Assembly (NCBI GenBank): GCA_020724555.1
Contig: DYGT01000004.1
Span: 9,564 to 73,563, forward strand
Origin: Candidatus Microgenomatus sp.
GTDB taxonomy: Bacteria; Patescibacteriota; Microgenomatia; UBA8517
DNA length: 64,000 nucleotides
Direction: 5' to 3'
Shown: one piece after another, positions 47,051 through 56,449 of the stretch
Layout: the number at the start of each line of letters is the position of its first letter
Numbering within the stretch: position 1 is the stretch's first letter
Translations under genes and position numbers: made by a program
Notes under the pieces: model-generated
Told to the model about the DNA's origin: nothing
Database searches by the model: none
What the model saw: the letters and a program-made list of their open reading frames with translations, nothing else

Positions 47051-47087
47051 ATAAAATTAAGGACATGGAGCAAAAAATAGAATTTAA

Positions 47088-47894
47088 CTAAGAATTGATT
47101 TTATACTTACCTTGAATTGCATTCAGGCGCACACGAACTAAGTCCCGCAATCCCTGCCATGCGTCTTTTATGGGACTAACTCTTTTTGTATCCTGGTGGT
47201 GCCAAATGACTGGAACTTCCACAACTTTCAAACCAAGCTTTCTTGCTACATAAAGTACTTCCAAATCAAAACCGGCAGTAACGGCAGCACCTTTTGCTTT
47301 TTGTTCTTCACTAAAAATCTTTAAGCGTTTAAAAATTTCCTTTGACGCGTCTTGTTTGAATGCTTTAAAACCACACTGGGTATCTTTAAAGGGCAAACGC
47401 AATATGAGGCTACGAAGGAAAGAAAATCCCCAGGCCATGGCTTTTCGGACCAAAGGAGCTCCCTGCCTTCCTGAACGTACACCAATCACCACATCTGCTC
47501 CTTTTCTGAATTCCGGTATAAACTTATCAAATTCAGGCAAAGGGGTTGCCTGGTCCATATCTGTAAATAAAACAATATCCCCCCTGGCTTCAAGCATACC
47601 GGCAATTACCGTACCGCCTTTACCGCGGTGTGGCTGGGCAGATACACGAAATCCTTTGTGTTTTTTGGCGTAATCTTGTGCCAATTTTAAGGTATTATCT
47701 GTAGACTTATCGTCTACCACCAGCACTTCCCAGGTAAAATTTTGTTTAACTAAATACTGGTTTACACTCTCAAGCGTACCGTTTTTGATATTATCCGCTT
47801 CGTTATATGCGGGTATAACAACGGACAGATAAAGATTTTTTGTGTCTAAAGCCATAGCCTTTATTATTGTAACTTGATTACTTTGTAAAACCAA
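47088..47894 (-). CDS. GT2 polyprenyl-phosphate sugar synthase (DPM1/GtrB-like)
   Basis: LSVVIPAYNEADNI; WEVLVVDDKSTDNT; GKGGTVIAGM; TDMD. Confidence 0.8.
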   Translation of the reverse strand: MVLQSNQVTIIKAMALDTKNLYLSVVIPAYNEADNIKNGTLESVNQYLVKQNFTWEVLVVDDKSTDNTLKLAQDYAKKHKGFRVSAQPHRGKGGTVIAGMLEARGDIVLFTDMDQATPLPEFDKFIPEFRKGADVVIGVRSGRQGAPLVRKAMAWGFSFLRSLILRLPFKDTQCGFKAFKQDASKEIFKRLKIFSEEQKAKGAAVTAGFDLEVLYVARKLGLKVVEVPVIWHHQDTKRVSPIKDAWQGLRDLVRVRLNAIQGKYKINS

Positions 47895-49374
47895 ACATAG
47901 GATCGGTCAAATTTGCATTATTCCCACTGCAGCTTTTTTTGATTTCATCCTCCTTTTTGTGAGAATATTTTTCATAATCCGGCAGGATTAACCCTAGTGC
48001 ACCAAAAGATTTATCAATCCTGTCCACTTTGGTATGGGGAAAGACAATTGTATACACGGGGCTGCCAGAAGATGGCTGGTTGGCGTGCAGATCGTTTAAA
48101 TAAAAAATGTAGCGGTAACCAAGCTCATAACCGGGGTCTACAATGTATGAAACCGAAACACACGGGTAATTATGATCTTCGGCATCTTCGGCAATAAAAG
48201 CGACAACCTCATTTTTCTGTAAATAACCGCTTTTATTTTCCGGATAACGGGAAAAACGGTACAAATTAATAACAACAAACAAGGCAAGAATAAATACAAC
48301 AAAAGTTCTCATGTATCGCGTTAAATAAGCCAAGGCGGCACTTATTCCGAATATCCACACAACCACCATTCCGTTTAAATAATATTCGGATACATTAATC
48401 GCATTTAATGTGAAAAAAGAAACATATAATATTAACCAGATTACTAAAAGAGTCGCAAATCTGGGTTTTATATGCTTTTTAAAAACAGCGTATGTAAATA
48501 ACAAAAGAATAAGTCCATGTGCCCATATGTCCGGTATGTTAAAGACATCACCCCACAACAAATTCCGCGCATTTGTATTTGCAATTTGCATTAATCTGCC
48601 AAAACGAGAAGGTAAAGAAACATCTGCCGCAGAAGTGCCTCCCAATATAATAGCCTGTGTTTGGATAAACCCGTGCCTCAATTCAAAAACAAAATACGGA
48701 AGCATTGGTAAGATAAACGCGGCTAAAAAATAAAAAATGTTTTTAATGGCAATTTTTTGTTTAGATATGATTATTGCCAGAAAAAATAACGGAGCGACAA
48801 TCGCCAGCCCCAGGTTTAAATGCCACACTAAACCAAACAATAACCCGGCAGCGATAAATGCGCTTTTTTGTTTTCTTGCCAATACGAGATGAAGTGTATA
48901 CAGGAACCAAATACTCCAAAGATAAACAGGCATGGTGGGAACGACCTCTCGGTCCGTAAAAATTACAACATACGAAAAGCTGTATATTATGGCACCAATC
49001 AAGCCGGCTTTTCTGTCTATAATTTTTGTAAATACAAAATATATACTAAATACGGATAAAAGACTCAATATAGCGACCAACAAAAGACCGCCGTAAGGCT
49101 GTCCCGCAAAAAGTAGATAAAAAGGAATCAGTAAATAATAAAAAAACGGCCCTATAAATACGCCATGGACAGATGTCTCTTGGCCGATAAGCCTAAGGTG
49201 GCTGTTTTTAACCACATCCAAATAAAACCACGATGCCAAATCCTGATCGTGCCCATAATAATAATATGAAAGCGGCTTATAAACTCTTAAGGCAAAAGCA
49301 GCAATCATTACCACAAAAAAAACGTAATCTATTGGCTTAAGGTTGGAAAAAATATTTTGTAAGTTTTTCTTCAT
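47878..49374 (-). CDS. ArnT-like GT-C membrane glycosyltransferase, family C paralog C2
   Basis: YGHDQDLASWFYLDVVKNSHLRLIGQETSVHGVFIGPFFYYLLIPFYLLF. Confidence 0.55.
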   Translation of the reverse strand: MKKNLQNIFSNLKPIDYVFFVVMIAAFALRVYKPLSYYYYGHDQDLASWFYLDVVKNSHLRLIGQETSVHGVFIGPFFYYLLIPFYLLFAGQPYGGLLLVAILSLLSVFSIYFVFTKIIDRKAGLIGAIIYSFSYVVIFTDREVVPTMPVYLWSIWFLYTLHLVLARKQKSAFIAAGLLFGLVWHLNLGLAIVAPLFFLAIIISKQKIAIKNIFYFLAAFILPMLPYFVFELRHGFIQTQAIILGGTSAADVSLPSRFGRLMQIANTNARNLLWGDVFNIPDIWAHGLILLLFTYAVFKKHIKPRFATLLVIWLILYVSFFTLNAINVSEYYLNGMVVVWIFGISAALAYLTRYMRTFVVFILALFVVINLYRFSRYPENKSGYLQKNEVVAFIAEDAEDHNYPCVSVSYIVDPGYELGYRYIFYLNDLHANQPSSGSPVYTIVFPHTKVDRIDKSFGALGLILPDYEKYSHKKEDEIKKSCSGNNANLTDPMFGFTK

Positions 49375-50284
49375 CTATACCTTTATATTTATATTTATCT
49401 ATGTTTTTCAGGGCTATTTTGCCAGTAAAAAGGTTGATAAGTTTATTTTTGTTTATATTTTTAATTTTTTGTTCATGATAATAATACATTGCAGGCTTAA
49501 TAAAATCACCAGGCTTTGACGTATTAACAAAGCCAAATTTATGTCTAGCCGCCCTTTGCCAAGCCAGATCTTTTGAAAAACCAATACTTCTGAAATATTC
49601 GTAAATATCCCTTAAACTCCCTTTCGTACCAATATTTGTGGCAACATATTCAGCAGCATGCTGATAATATGAGCTTTCTCCGCCGGGACTAAAAAAATCC
49701 TGAACATAAGACGCAAGTCCCTCATCTGTAGGTAAAAAACCAGCTTTAAAACGGATTTTGTTGTATTTTCCATTTATAAAACGCACAATATGAACCATTT
49801 CATGTTTTACCAGACCTTCAATACTTATATAATCAGTAACAATATCTGCACCTATGTAAACCTTATTTTTGCTATAAGCAGGACGTACATTAAAACCGCC
49901 GGTTTTTAAAAATTGGATTTTAAAGTCTATACCAAAAAGCTTTAGGGTTTTTTGTAATTGCTTTTTTAATTTTTCAGTTTCTGTTGACATCCTTTGCGGT
50001 TTTGTTTTTTTAATGTACTTTTCGGCTTCCTTAAGAACCTCGCTGTTTATGTCGGTTTCAAAATATTTTTTTGCCTTACTTTCAATTAATTCATTATCTT
50101 GTGCCTTCATGGCTTTAAAAAGTGCAGACTTTCTGCCCAAATGATCATGCGGAGCATGTTTATTTTGCCAAACATACATAAACACGGGGTTGTATGTTTT
50201 TGAAGCATAAAATTTCTCTTTTTCTGTGTGTAAATTTAATGGAGTAGTTAACCAAATAAGGCTTTTTTTGTTATTCATCTGCAC
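49337..50284 (-). CDS. DUF1704/MATCAP-like putative zinc metallopeptidase (HExxH plus an EGLA-type motif)
   Basis: HEMVH (in VKHEMVHIVRF) followed by TDEGLASYVQD, which resembles the QEGLA signature of DUF1704 proteins. Soluble, 315 aa. Confidence 0.45.
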   Translation of the reverse strand: MQMNNKKSLIWLTTPLNLHTEKEKFYASKTYNPVFMYVWQNKHAPHDHLGRKSALFKAMKAQDNELIESKAKKYFETDINSEVLKEAEKYIKKTKPQRMSTETEKLKKQLQKTLKLFGIDFKIQFLKTGGFNVRPAYSKNKVYIGADIVTDYISIEGLVKHEMVHIVRFINGKYNKIRFKAGFLPTDEGLASYVQDFFSPGGESSYYQHAAEYVATNIGTKGSLRDIYEYFRSIGFSKDLAWQRAARHKFGFVNTSKPGDFIKPAMYYYHEQKIKNINKNKLINLFTGKIALKNIDKYKYKGIDEEKLTKYFFQP

Positions 50285-51830
50285 TTAAACGTATACGTTT
50301 TTCTACTGTTATTCCTCCAAAACGCACTCTTTTTACAACTTTTCCTATTCCATCCTGCCTTTTAAGCCAATTTTCAAGTCTTTCCGGATGTGGAGGATCA
50401 ACCTCATACAAAGTGTATAAAATATTTTCTTGAGTCTCTTTTGAGGGTTTTTCTCCCCTCAAGTTCCCGCGCCAGAGAAACAAATAATCATAGGCATGCG
50501 GAATAACCGGCGGCACGTACACATCCACATTAAAAGGTTTTCCTTTTGCATCTTCATAAACCCAGTCAACCGCCTGAACTTCATTTTTTAGGGCAATCGA
50601 ATGCTCTCCCGTGACCCCGTCTGATATCTTCGCCCAAATTACCGGAATATTATTGTTCAAAACAGCAAATAAAAACAGTAAAACAAATATTTTGCCTGCT
50701 AAATTTTTCCAGGCTCTACCCAAAATAAACGCTACTAAAAGCAAAAAAATCAGATAATATCCGGTGAGATAATAATCATAGATATTTCCATAGTTCCCCT
50801 GAAAAAATAAAAGCCCAAGCATGGGTGAGATGAGAAGAATAACCAAAATTTTAAAGCCGTCATTTTTCCACAGGTCTTTTATATATAAAACGAATAAAAA
50901 CAAAAGGCCAATAAGCAGGCTTACTTCAAAATCGCGCCGCCAATGGAAAAGTTTGTTTGTAAAAACATCATAATAAAAATTTAGTCTTATTCTCAAAACA
51001 TCCCAAAAATTTGCTTTAAAGGTTCCTTTTTCAAATATAAAATTCTTTATATTGCCGATCAGGATGCCGTCATGGCGGATATCAAACAAAATTAACGGTA
51101 GAATTGTCAAAAAAAAGAGAAGTATAGAAACTACCCACGTTTTGCCGTTTGGCAAATTCTTTCTTTGCCAAAATGCGATTAAAAATACCGCGGGAAAATA
51201 AAAAAGTTCTCCACTGGAGCCAAAATGAAAAAGACTCATACCCAAAATTAAAGAAATAGCCGCCCAGAGCCACCGATAACCCTTTGTCACAAAATAAAGG
51301 CAAATCACAAGCAGCATACTTAAAAAAAGCATGGGCGTAGGGTTACTCAACCAACGTGCGGCCATATTAATATAAAAAGAAAAGCTTGCCAGAAAAACCG
51401 CAATTAGGCCGGTTACTCTCGATTGTGCGGAAGCAGCATAAATATACATCACGACAAACGCCAATATAGTCAATATCGACAAAAATATCGCAGGCCACAC
51501 TGGGTTTCCATTGCCTAAAAAGTAAAAAGGAGTAATTAAAAAATAATAAAAAGGTCCTCTGAAGATACCGGCTATTCCAGTTGTTGGCCCCACTAAAAAC
51601 AGCTTACCTTCGTGTAAAAAACGCCAGATAACCATAGCATCCCTGCCTTGGTCAAAATAAAAACCCAGCACCTTGTCAACACGGTAAACCTGCAAAAACA
51701 AACCAATGGCCAAAATGGTGAGCAAAAGAAAATAAATATAAATATTATCTTTAATTTCTTTTTTGATTTTTACATACATCGCACGCAACATTATGAATTT
51801 TCTTAATAGCCCGGTCAAATGGCAGGCCAA
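50271..51830 (-). CDS. ArnT-like GT-C membrane glycosyltransferase, family C paralog C3. The true start is probably an internal Met, which reduces the overlap with the upstream DHH gene.
   Basis: FYFDQGRDAMVIWRFLHEGKLFLVGPTTGIAGIFRGPFYYFL. Confidence 0.55.
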   Translation of the reverse strand: MACHLTGLLRKFIMLRAMYVKIKKEIKDNIYIYFLLLTILAIGLFLQVYRVDKVLGFYFDQGRDAMVIWRFLHEGKLFLVGPTTGIAGIFRGPFYYFLITPFYFLGNGNPVWPAIFLSILTILAFVVMYIYAASAQSRVTGLIAVFLASFSFYINMAARWLSNPTPMLFLSMLLVICLYFVTKGYRWLWAAISLILGMSLFHFGSSGELFYFPAVFLIAFWQRKNLPNGKTWVVSILLFFLTILPLILFDIRHDGILIGNIKNFIFEKGTFKANFWDVLRIRLNFYYDVFTNKLFHWRRDFEVSLLIGLLFLFVLYIKDLWKNDGFKILVILLISPMLGLLFFQGNYGNIYDYYLTGYYLIFLLLVAFILGRAWKNLAGKIFVLLFLFAVLNNNIPVIWAKISDGVTGEHSIALKNEVQAVDWVYEDAKGKPFNVDVYVPPVIPHAYDYLFLWRGNLRGEKPSKETQENILYTLYEVDPPHPERLENWLKRQDGIGKVVKRVRFGGITVEKRIRLSADE

Positions 51831-52749
51831 TCACTTTCCCGGCTGCAGCCCAGCGGTGGCCTCCGCCATCCAACTTTTCAGCTATTTCAGACACATCAAA
51901 ACCGCTTCTGGAACGAAGGCTTACAGATACATAGCCATCATTTTCCTCCACTATCACCATACCAAATTCAGTACCTTTTATGCTTTGAAAAATGATGTCT
52001 GCAATCTCAGATTTACTCCCAACAGGCGAGCCGTATTTCCCAAAAACGTCCCGTCCAATTGCAGACCAGACATAGTTATATTCAGAATTTATCTCTAAAT
52101 TTTCAAGGATCTCACCCCATAGCTTTACTGATTCAAGCTCATAAGACTGGTATAAATTTTTTATAATTTCGTCTTTGTCAGCAAACTCCATTAAATCAAG
52201 CGCCGCCTTAAAAGTTTCCGCATCCGCCTCGGGAAAACGAAAAGCGCCCGTATCCCCAATAATTCCGGTTAAAAGGGGAGTTGCAACCTCACTGCCCTTT
52301 ATATCAATATCCCAGTCTTTAAATAAATTGATAAGGAGCTGGCATGTGGCTGCGATACCGGGATCTAGCAAATTTAAATCTCCAAACTGTGTATTGGTTT
52401 TGTGGTGATCGATTACCACCATTTTAATCATTGGTCGTTTAACATCGGAATCTGCAGCCACCCTTTGCCAGCTTGATGAATCCAAACAAATCAGCAAATC
52501 CCACTCAAAAAAATTGAAATCGCGAAAAATAATTTTGTCAATCGCACCAAACTTTTCTAAAAATTTTAGGTTTCTGGGTATTTCATCCGGACAAATCACT
52601 TTAACTTCTTTTCCCCAGCCCAATAGAACCTGCCGCAATGCTTGAGCACTGCCGACACTGTCTGCATCCGGCCGGCTATGGCAATTCAATAGAATCCTGT
52701 CCGCCTCTTTAATTAATTTAAGTATTTCTGACGATTCTGGATAATTCAT
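51751..52749 (-). CDS. DHH-family phosphoesterase (NrnA-like nanoRNase/pAp phosphatase)
   Basis: HSRPDADSVGSA; VIDHHKTN (DHH motif); GGGHRWAAAG (DHHA1 motif). Confidence 0.85.
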   Translation of the reverse strand: MNYPESSEILKLIKEADRILLNCHSRPDADSVGSAQALRQVLLGWGKEVKVICPDEIPRNLKFLEKFGAIDKIIFRDFNFFEWDLLICLDSSSWQRVAADSDVKRPMIKMVVIDHHKTNTQFGDLNLLDPGIAATCQLLINLFKDWDIDIKGSEVATPLLTGIIGDTGAFRFPEADAETFKAALDLMEFADKDEIIKNLYQSYELESVKLWGEILENLEINSEYNYVWSAIGRDVFGKYGSPVGSKSEIADIIFQSIKGTEFGMVIVEENDGYVSVSLRSRSGFDVSEIAEKLDGGGHRWAAAGKVIGLPFDRAIKKIHNVACDVCKNQKRN

Positions 52750-54314
52750 TGTGTTTGTGGATTTGAGTGAATAAGTTTAAATATGGTTATCCCATCGACT
52801 TGCCAGGTTTTTTCAATCTGAGACCAGCCAAAATTAGCAACTTCGGCTTTGGGGTTATGCGTTGGGTCGCACTCACTTTCCGGTTTTTCGCAAACAACAA
52901 AAAGCTGATCAGCAATTGTTTCCTCTGCACGCAAAGGATCAATATCTACGACCCCCGTATTCCATTTTTCCAAAAAATACTGGTAAGCATCCTCATAGTT
53001 GCGTTCGGCAATTACCGCTAGATTAAATGGTTGATCACCCGCTTCTTTTCGGATAGATTCAGATACTCTGGCAGTACGCCTTAACTGATAATTCGGAGGA
53101 TCTTTTAGTGGTATATTGGTTAAATCCGCCCAGGCTATAAATATTATTGCCAGCCCGGAAATCCAAATTCCGCGGATTTTATGGTTATCTATCAGTTGAT
53201 TAAGCATGCCCCCCAAAAGCAAAAATGGTGCCGGGTATAAAAAACCAAAATAATGATCATAAATATGCTGTTTGTATAACCCCAAACCCATTAAGCCAAA
53301 GCCAATCCAAATAAGAATCAGTAAATACGCAGATTTCTCTTTGGGGTGAATATTTATTTTTTTGTCCTTGCCCCAAAGCCACAACAGGACTCCTGCAAGC
53401 CCAACTGCCACCCATTTGCCAAACGTTTCTTCTCTACCAGTAACAACCCGCGCTACAAACTGCTGCCACAAAGGCCACATCTGGGGTATAGCATTCCAGG
53501 GACGCGCAGACACAGTGGTTTGGCGCACTGTAAAAAATGTCTTCATGGCGTTAAAATTTATAAAATTGTGTCGCAAGTCAAAAATTAAAAGCGGGGACAT
53601 GAGAAACGCAAAAACAAAAAAAGAGAATATTGAATATCGAAGATAGAGAGAAGTATTTTTAAGATATCTGGCTTCTATTAGAGCTAAAAACCAAATTGCA
53701 CCTAAAGCTGGCGCCAAAAGGAGACCTAAATAGTGAGACTGTAAAACAAATGCAAATGCTATGGCAGCAAAAACAAGCCAATAATATTTACGCCTCTTCC
53801 ACACTTGCCAGATAGCCCAGAAGCACAAAAGTGAAAAAAACGGCATAATATTAGGGTTCCAGGATGCGCGCGAATAAATAATCACGGTGGGAGAAATACT
53901 ATACAAAAAAGCGGCAATTAGACCGGCTTTTACTCCAAACCAGCTCCTACCTGCCCACCAGATAAAACCGACGGTTACCACTCCCAATAAAGCGACAAAT
54001 ACGGATGGACCCACTGGCGAAAAATTTGCGAAAAGAAGAGCAGGGGCAATTAGATAATAATATAATGGCCCAAGATACATGTTGCCGATTGACGTCCCCG
54101 GCCCGATCAAAATTGGGTCAAAATCTACCAAAAGCCGTCTGACAATTATCGCATCCCTGCCCTCATCGCCCAAAAACGTCATATATCCGGCAATTTTATA
54201 AAGACGCAAAAACGAAGCCAGTATTAAAATAATGCCAATTAAAATAGCTTCAATTTTGTGAGATTTAATCCAGCTTTTTATTTTTGTCTTCGCCATGATT
54301 TTTGTCTTCGCCAC
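52746..54314 (-). CDS. ArnT-like GT-C membrane glycosyltransferase, family C paralog C4. The annotated start is GTG, with an in-frame ATG 6 codons downstream at 54296.
   Basis: FLGDEGRDAIIVRRLLVDFDPILIGPGTSIGNMYLGPLYYYL. The N-terminus MAKTKIMAKTKI arises from an 18-bp tandem duplication. Confidence 0.55.
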   Translation of the reverse strand: MAKTKIMAKTKIKSWIKSHKIEAILIGIILILASFLRLYKIAGYMTFLGDEGRDAIIVRRLLVDFDPILIGPGTSIGNMYLGPLYYYLIAPALLFANFSPVGPSVFVALLGVVTVGFIWWAGRSWFGVKAGLIAAFLYSISPTVIIYSRASWNPNIMPFFSLLCFWAIWQVWKRRKYYWLVFAAIAFAFVLQSHYLGLLLAPALGAIWFLALIEARYLKNTSLYLRYSIFSFFVFAFLMSPLLIFDLRHNFINFNAMKTFFTVRQTTVSARPWNAIPQMWPLWQQFVARVVTGREETFGKWVAVGLAGVLLWLWGKDKKINIHPKEKSAYLLILIWIGFGLMGLGLYKQHIYDHYFGFLYPAPFLLLGGMLNQLIDNHKIRGIWISGLAIIFIAWADLTNIPLKDPPNYQLRRTARVSESIRKEAGDQPFNLAVIAERNYEDAYQYFLEKWNTGVVDIDPLRAEETIADQLFVVCEKPESECDPTHNPKAEVANFGWSQIEKTWQVDGITIFKLIHSNPQTQ

Positions 54315-55003
54315 AAAGTGAATAAATCTTTAAAACTTTGAATAATAACATTAAAATTACGCCCTGTGGGTTTTCCCCCGGCGCGTGGATAATGCGTAAC
54401 CGGCACTTCAACTATTTTAGCACCGTTTTGTTTAGCTTTAATCAATAATTCGCTGCTTATAAATGCTCCGCGTTCACTTTCGAGCTTGGGAATTTTATCC
54501 ACAACTTCTTTTCTTATTAGCTTAAAACCGCAATCAATATCGCGCACATGCAGTCCAAAAAGTAAAAATACCAAAAGCTCCCAAAGCTTGGATGTAATGA
54601 TTACACTTTTTTTAACCTGTCTTTTTTTGTAGTATCCCACTATTAAATCGGCGTTGGTTTTTTGTTGCTTGTCTATAAATTTTGTGATTTCCGAAAAGTC
54701 AAACTGGCCGTCTGAATCCGTAAAAGTAATCCACGGGTATTGGGCCGCGTATATTCCGCTCTTAAAAGCCGCTCCATAGCCTCGGTTGGGATTGTGGTGA
54801 ATAACGCGAATGTTTTTATTTTCGCGGGCAAGCTCATCTGCGATTTTTCCCGTACTGTCGGTAGACCCGTCATCCACAATTATTATTTCCCATAAATCGA
54901 ATTTGTCCTTTAAAACCTTTAGAGCTTTTCTAACCGTATTTTCAATATTTTCCTCTTCGTTATAGGCAGGAAAAAAGACGCTTATTTCTTTAAAAGAATC
55001 CAT
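54278..55003 (-). CDS. GT2 polyprenyl-phosphate sugar synthase (DPM1/GtrB-like)
   Basis: ISVFFPAYNEEENI; WEIIIVDDGSTDSTGKIA; NRGYGAAFKSG; TDSDGQ. Confidence 0.8.
   Translation of the reverse strand: MDSFKEISVFFPAYNEEENIENTVRKALKVLKDKFDLWEIIIVDDGSTDSTGKIADELARENKNIRVIHHNPNRGYGAAFKSGIYAAQYPWITFTDSDGQFDFSEITKFIDKQQKTNADLIVGYYKKRQVKKSVIITSKLWELLVFLLFGLHVRDIDCGFKLIRKEVVDKIPKLESERGAFISSELLIKAKQNGAKIVEVPVTHYPRAGGKPTGRNFNVIIQSFKDLFTLWRRQKSWRRQK
54281..54316. repeat. Imperfect 18-bp tandem direct repeat (tttttgtcttcgccatga / tttttgtcttcgccacaa) spanning the C4 start codons and the 3' end of the upstream GT2 gene
   Basis: Read directly from the sequence, 16/18 identity. It produces the duplicated MAKTKI peptide. 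Confidence 0.7.
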
Positions 55004-55019
55004 ATTTGCAGTCTAGCAT

Positions 55020-56207
55020 ATGAGCGAAAAATATTATAATATTGGGCTACTTATGAAAAAAATGGGCAAATACTTCCCTTTGATTTTTTTCACCTTAATA
55101 CCCACTTTACTTATCTGGTTGCCGTTTTTTTTTCGCTTAGATAGTTTTTGGAATATCCCTCTCCCTCGTGATGGTATGCTAACTATAGTTTCTAATTACG
55201 ACGGTCCACTCTATATCGCGGTCGCAAAAACACTATACAACAAAGAAGCACTAGCACAATTTTCTTTTGATCTACCTTTGGAATATTACGCTGCTCACTT
55301 TCCCTTGTTTCCCCTTTTAATTAGACTTCTCGGGAACGTATTAGTATACCCATACGCCATGCTTTTAGTCACTGTTTTCGGCTCTTTTTTGTCAATAGTT
55401 TATTTTTACAAATTAATAAAAAATTATGTAAGACCTCAAAAAGATGCCTTTTGGGCAACATTTGTTTTTTCCATTTTCCCGGCGCGTTGGCTAATTGTAC
55501 GCTCCGTAGGCAGCCCGGAGCCTTTGTTTGTAGGAGCCATAATAGCCTCAATATACTACTTTAAAAATAAAAAATATTTCTGGGCAGGAGTTTGGGGAGC
55601 ACTGGCGCAGTTAACTAAATCTCCCGGGATACTTCTTTTTATAGCCTATATCGGAGCTATTATCTTGCCCGAAATCCGAAAACTTGCTGCAACTCGCTTA
55701 GAGCACTGGATTAAAACCATCGAATTTAAATCCTTTTGGGTATTTTTAATACCGGCCTCCTTACTGGGTGTTTTTGTTTTTTATTCACAAACCATGAACG
55801 ACTTTTTTGCTTATTTCCACTCGGGCGATAACATCCATTTGGTTTTTCCCCCTTTTCAAGTTTTTAATTACCAAGCAAGCTGGGTAAACACACATTGGCT
55901 TGAGGAGATAATCATATTTTACCTTCTGGCGGCTTGGGGAGTACTTAAGCTTATTGAAAAAAAAGAAGAAACGCTTGCTTGGTTTACCGGAATCTTTTTG
56001 CTTTCCATTTTTTTTGTTTCTCACCGCGATATAATCCGCTATGCGCTTCCAATTATTCCCTTTTTATACGTAGGCTATAGCGAAATAATTACCAGCCAAA
56101 AATTTAAAATTGCCTTTATATTAATTATCCTACCCATATATTTATTTTCTTTGGCGTTTATATCTAAAAATGTGATGCCAATTTCTGATTGGACCATGCT
56201 CCTTTAA
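55020..56207 (+). CDS. Polytopic membrane protein, family D paralog D2 (PIG-V/Gpi18-like GT-C candidate)
   Basis: NYDGPLYIAVAKTLYNKEALAQF...HFPLFPLLIR parallels D1 DGEHYLAIAKEGY...FFFPVYPLFIR. Confidence 0.5.
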   Translation: MSEKYYNIGLLMKKMGKYFPLIFFTLIPTLLIWLPFFFRLDSFWNIPLPRDGMLTIVSNYDGPLYIAVAKTLYNKEALAQFSFDLPLEYYAAHFPLFPLLIRLLGNVLVYPYAMLLVTVFGSFLSIVYFYKLIKNYVRPQKDAFWATFVFSIFPARWLIVRSVGSPEPLFVGAIIASIYYFKNKKYFWAGVWGALAQLTKSPGILLFIAYIGAIILPEIRKLAATRLEHWIKTIEFKSFWVFLIPASLLGVFVFYSQTMNDFFAYFHSGDNIHLVFPPFQVFNYQASWVNTHWLEEIIIFYLLAAWGVLKLIEKKEETLAWFTGIFLLSIFFVSHRDIIRYALPIIPFLYVGYSEIITSQKFKIAFILIILPIYLFSLAFISKNVMPISDWTMLL

Positions 56208-56449
56208 AAAAACTTGAGAGCCTTTGAAAGCGAAAACTTCTTAAAATAGATACATGGCAGAAAGAAGACCCGGTCTCAATTCCAGTGAAAGAAGATTACA
56301 CAGAGCAAGAACGGTATTTCTTGCAGCAACGAACCCAGACGGGACATTATTGGTACCTTGGGGCTCAGCTCAACCAAGAAACGGCTTCTCAAAAGAAACG
56401 CCAAAAACTATTAATATTGAACACGAGCGGCCGCCGGAGGTAAAAACCA

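Noticed and set aside
56208-56449. tRNA or other housekeeping RNA in the largest intergenic region
   Set aside because: No GTTC-type T-loop or cloverleaf-compatible arms were visible by eye. I kept it only as a low-confidence ncRNA candidate in the findings.
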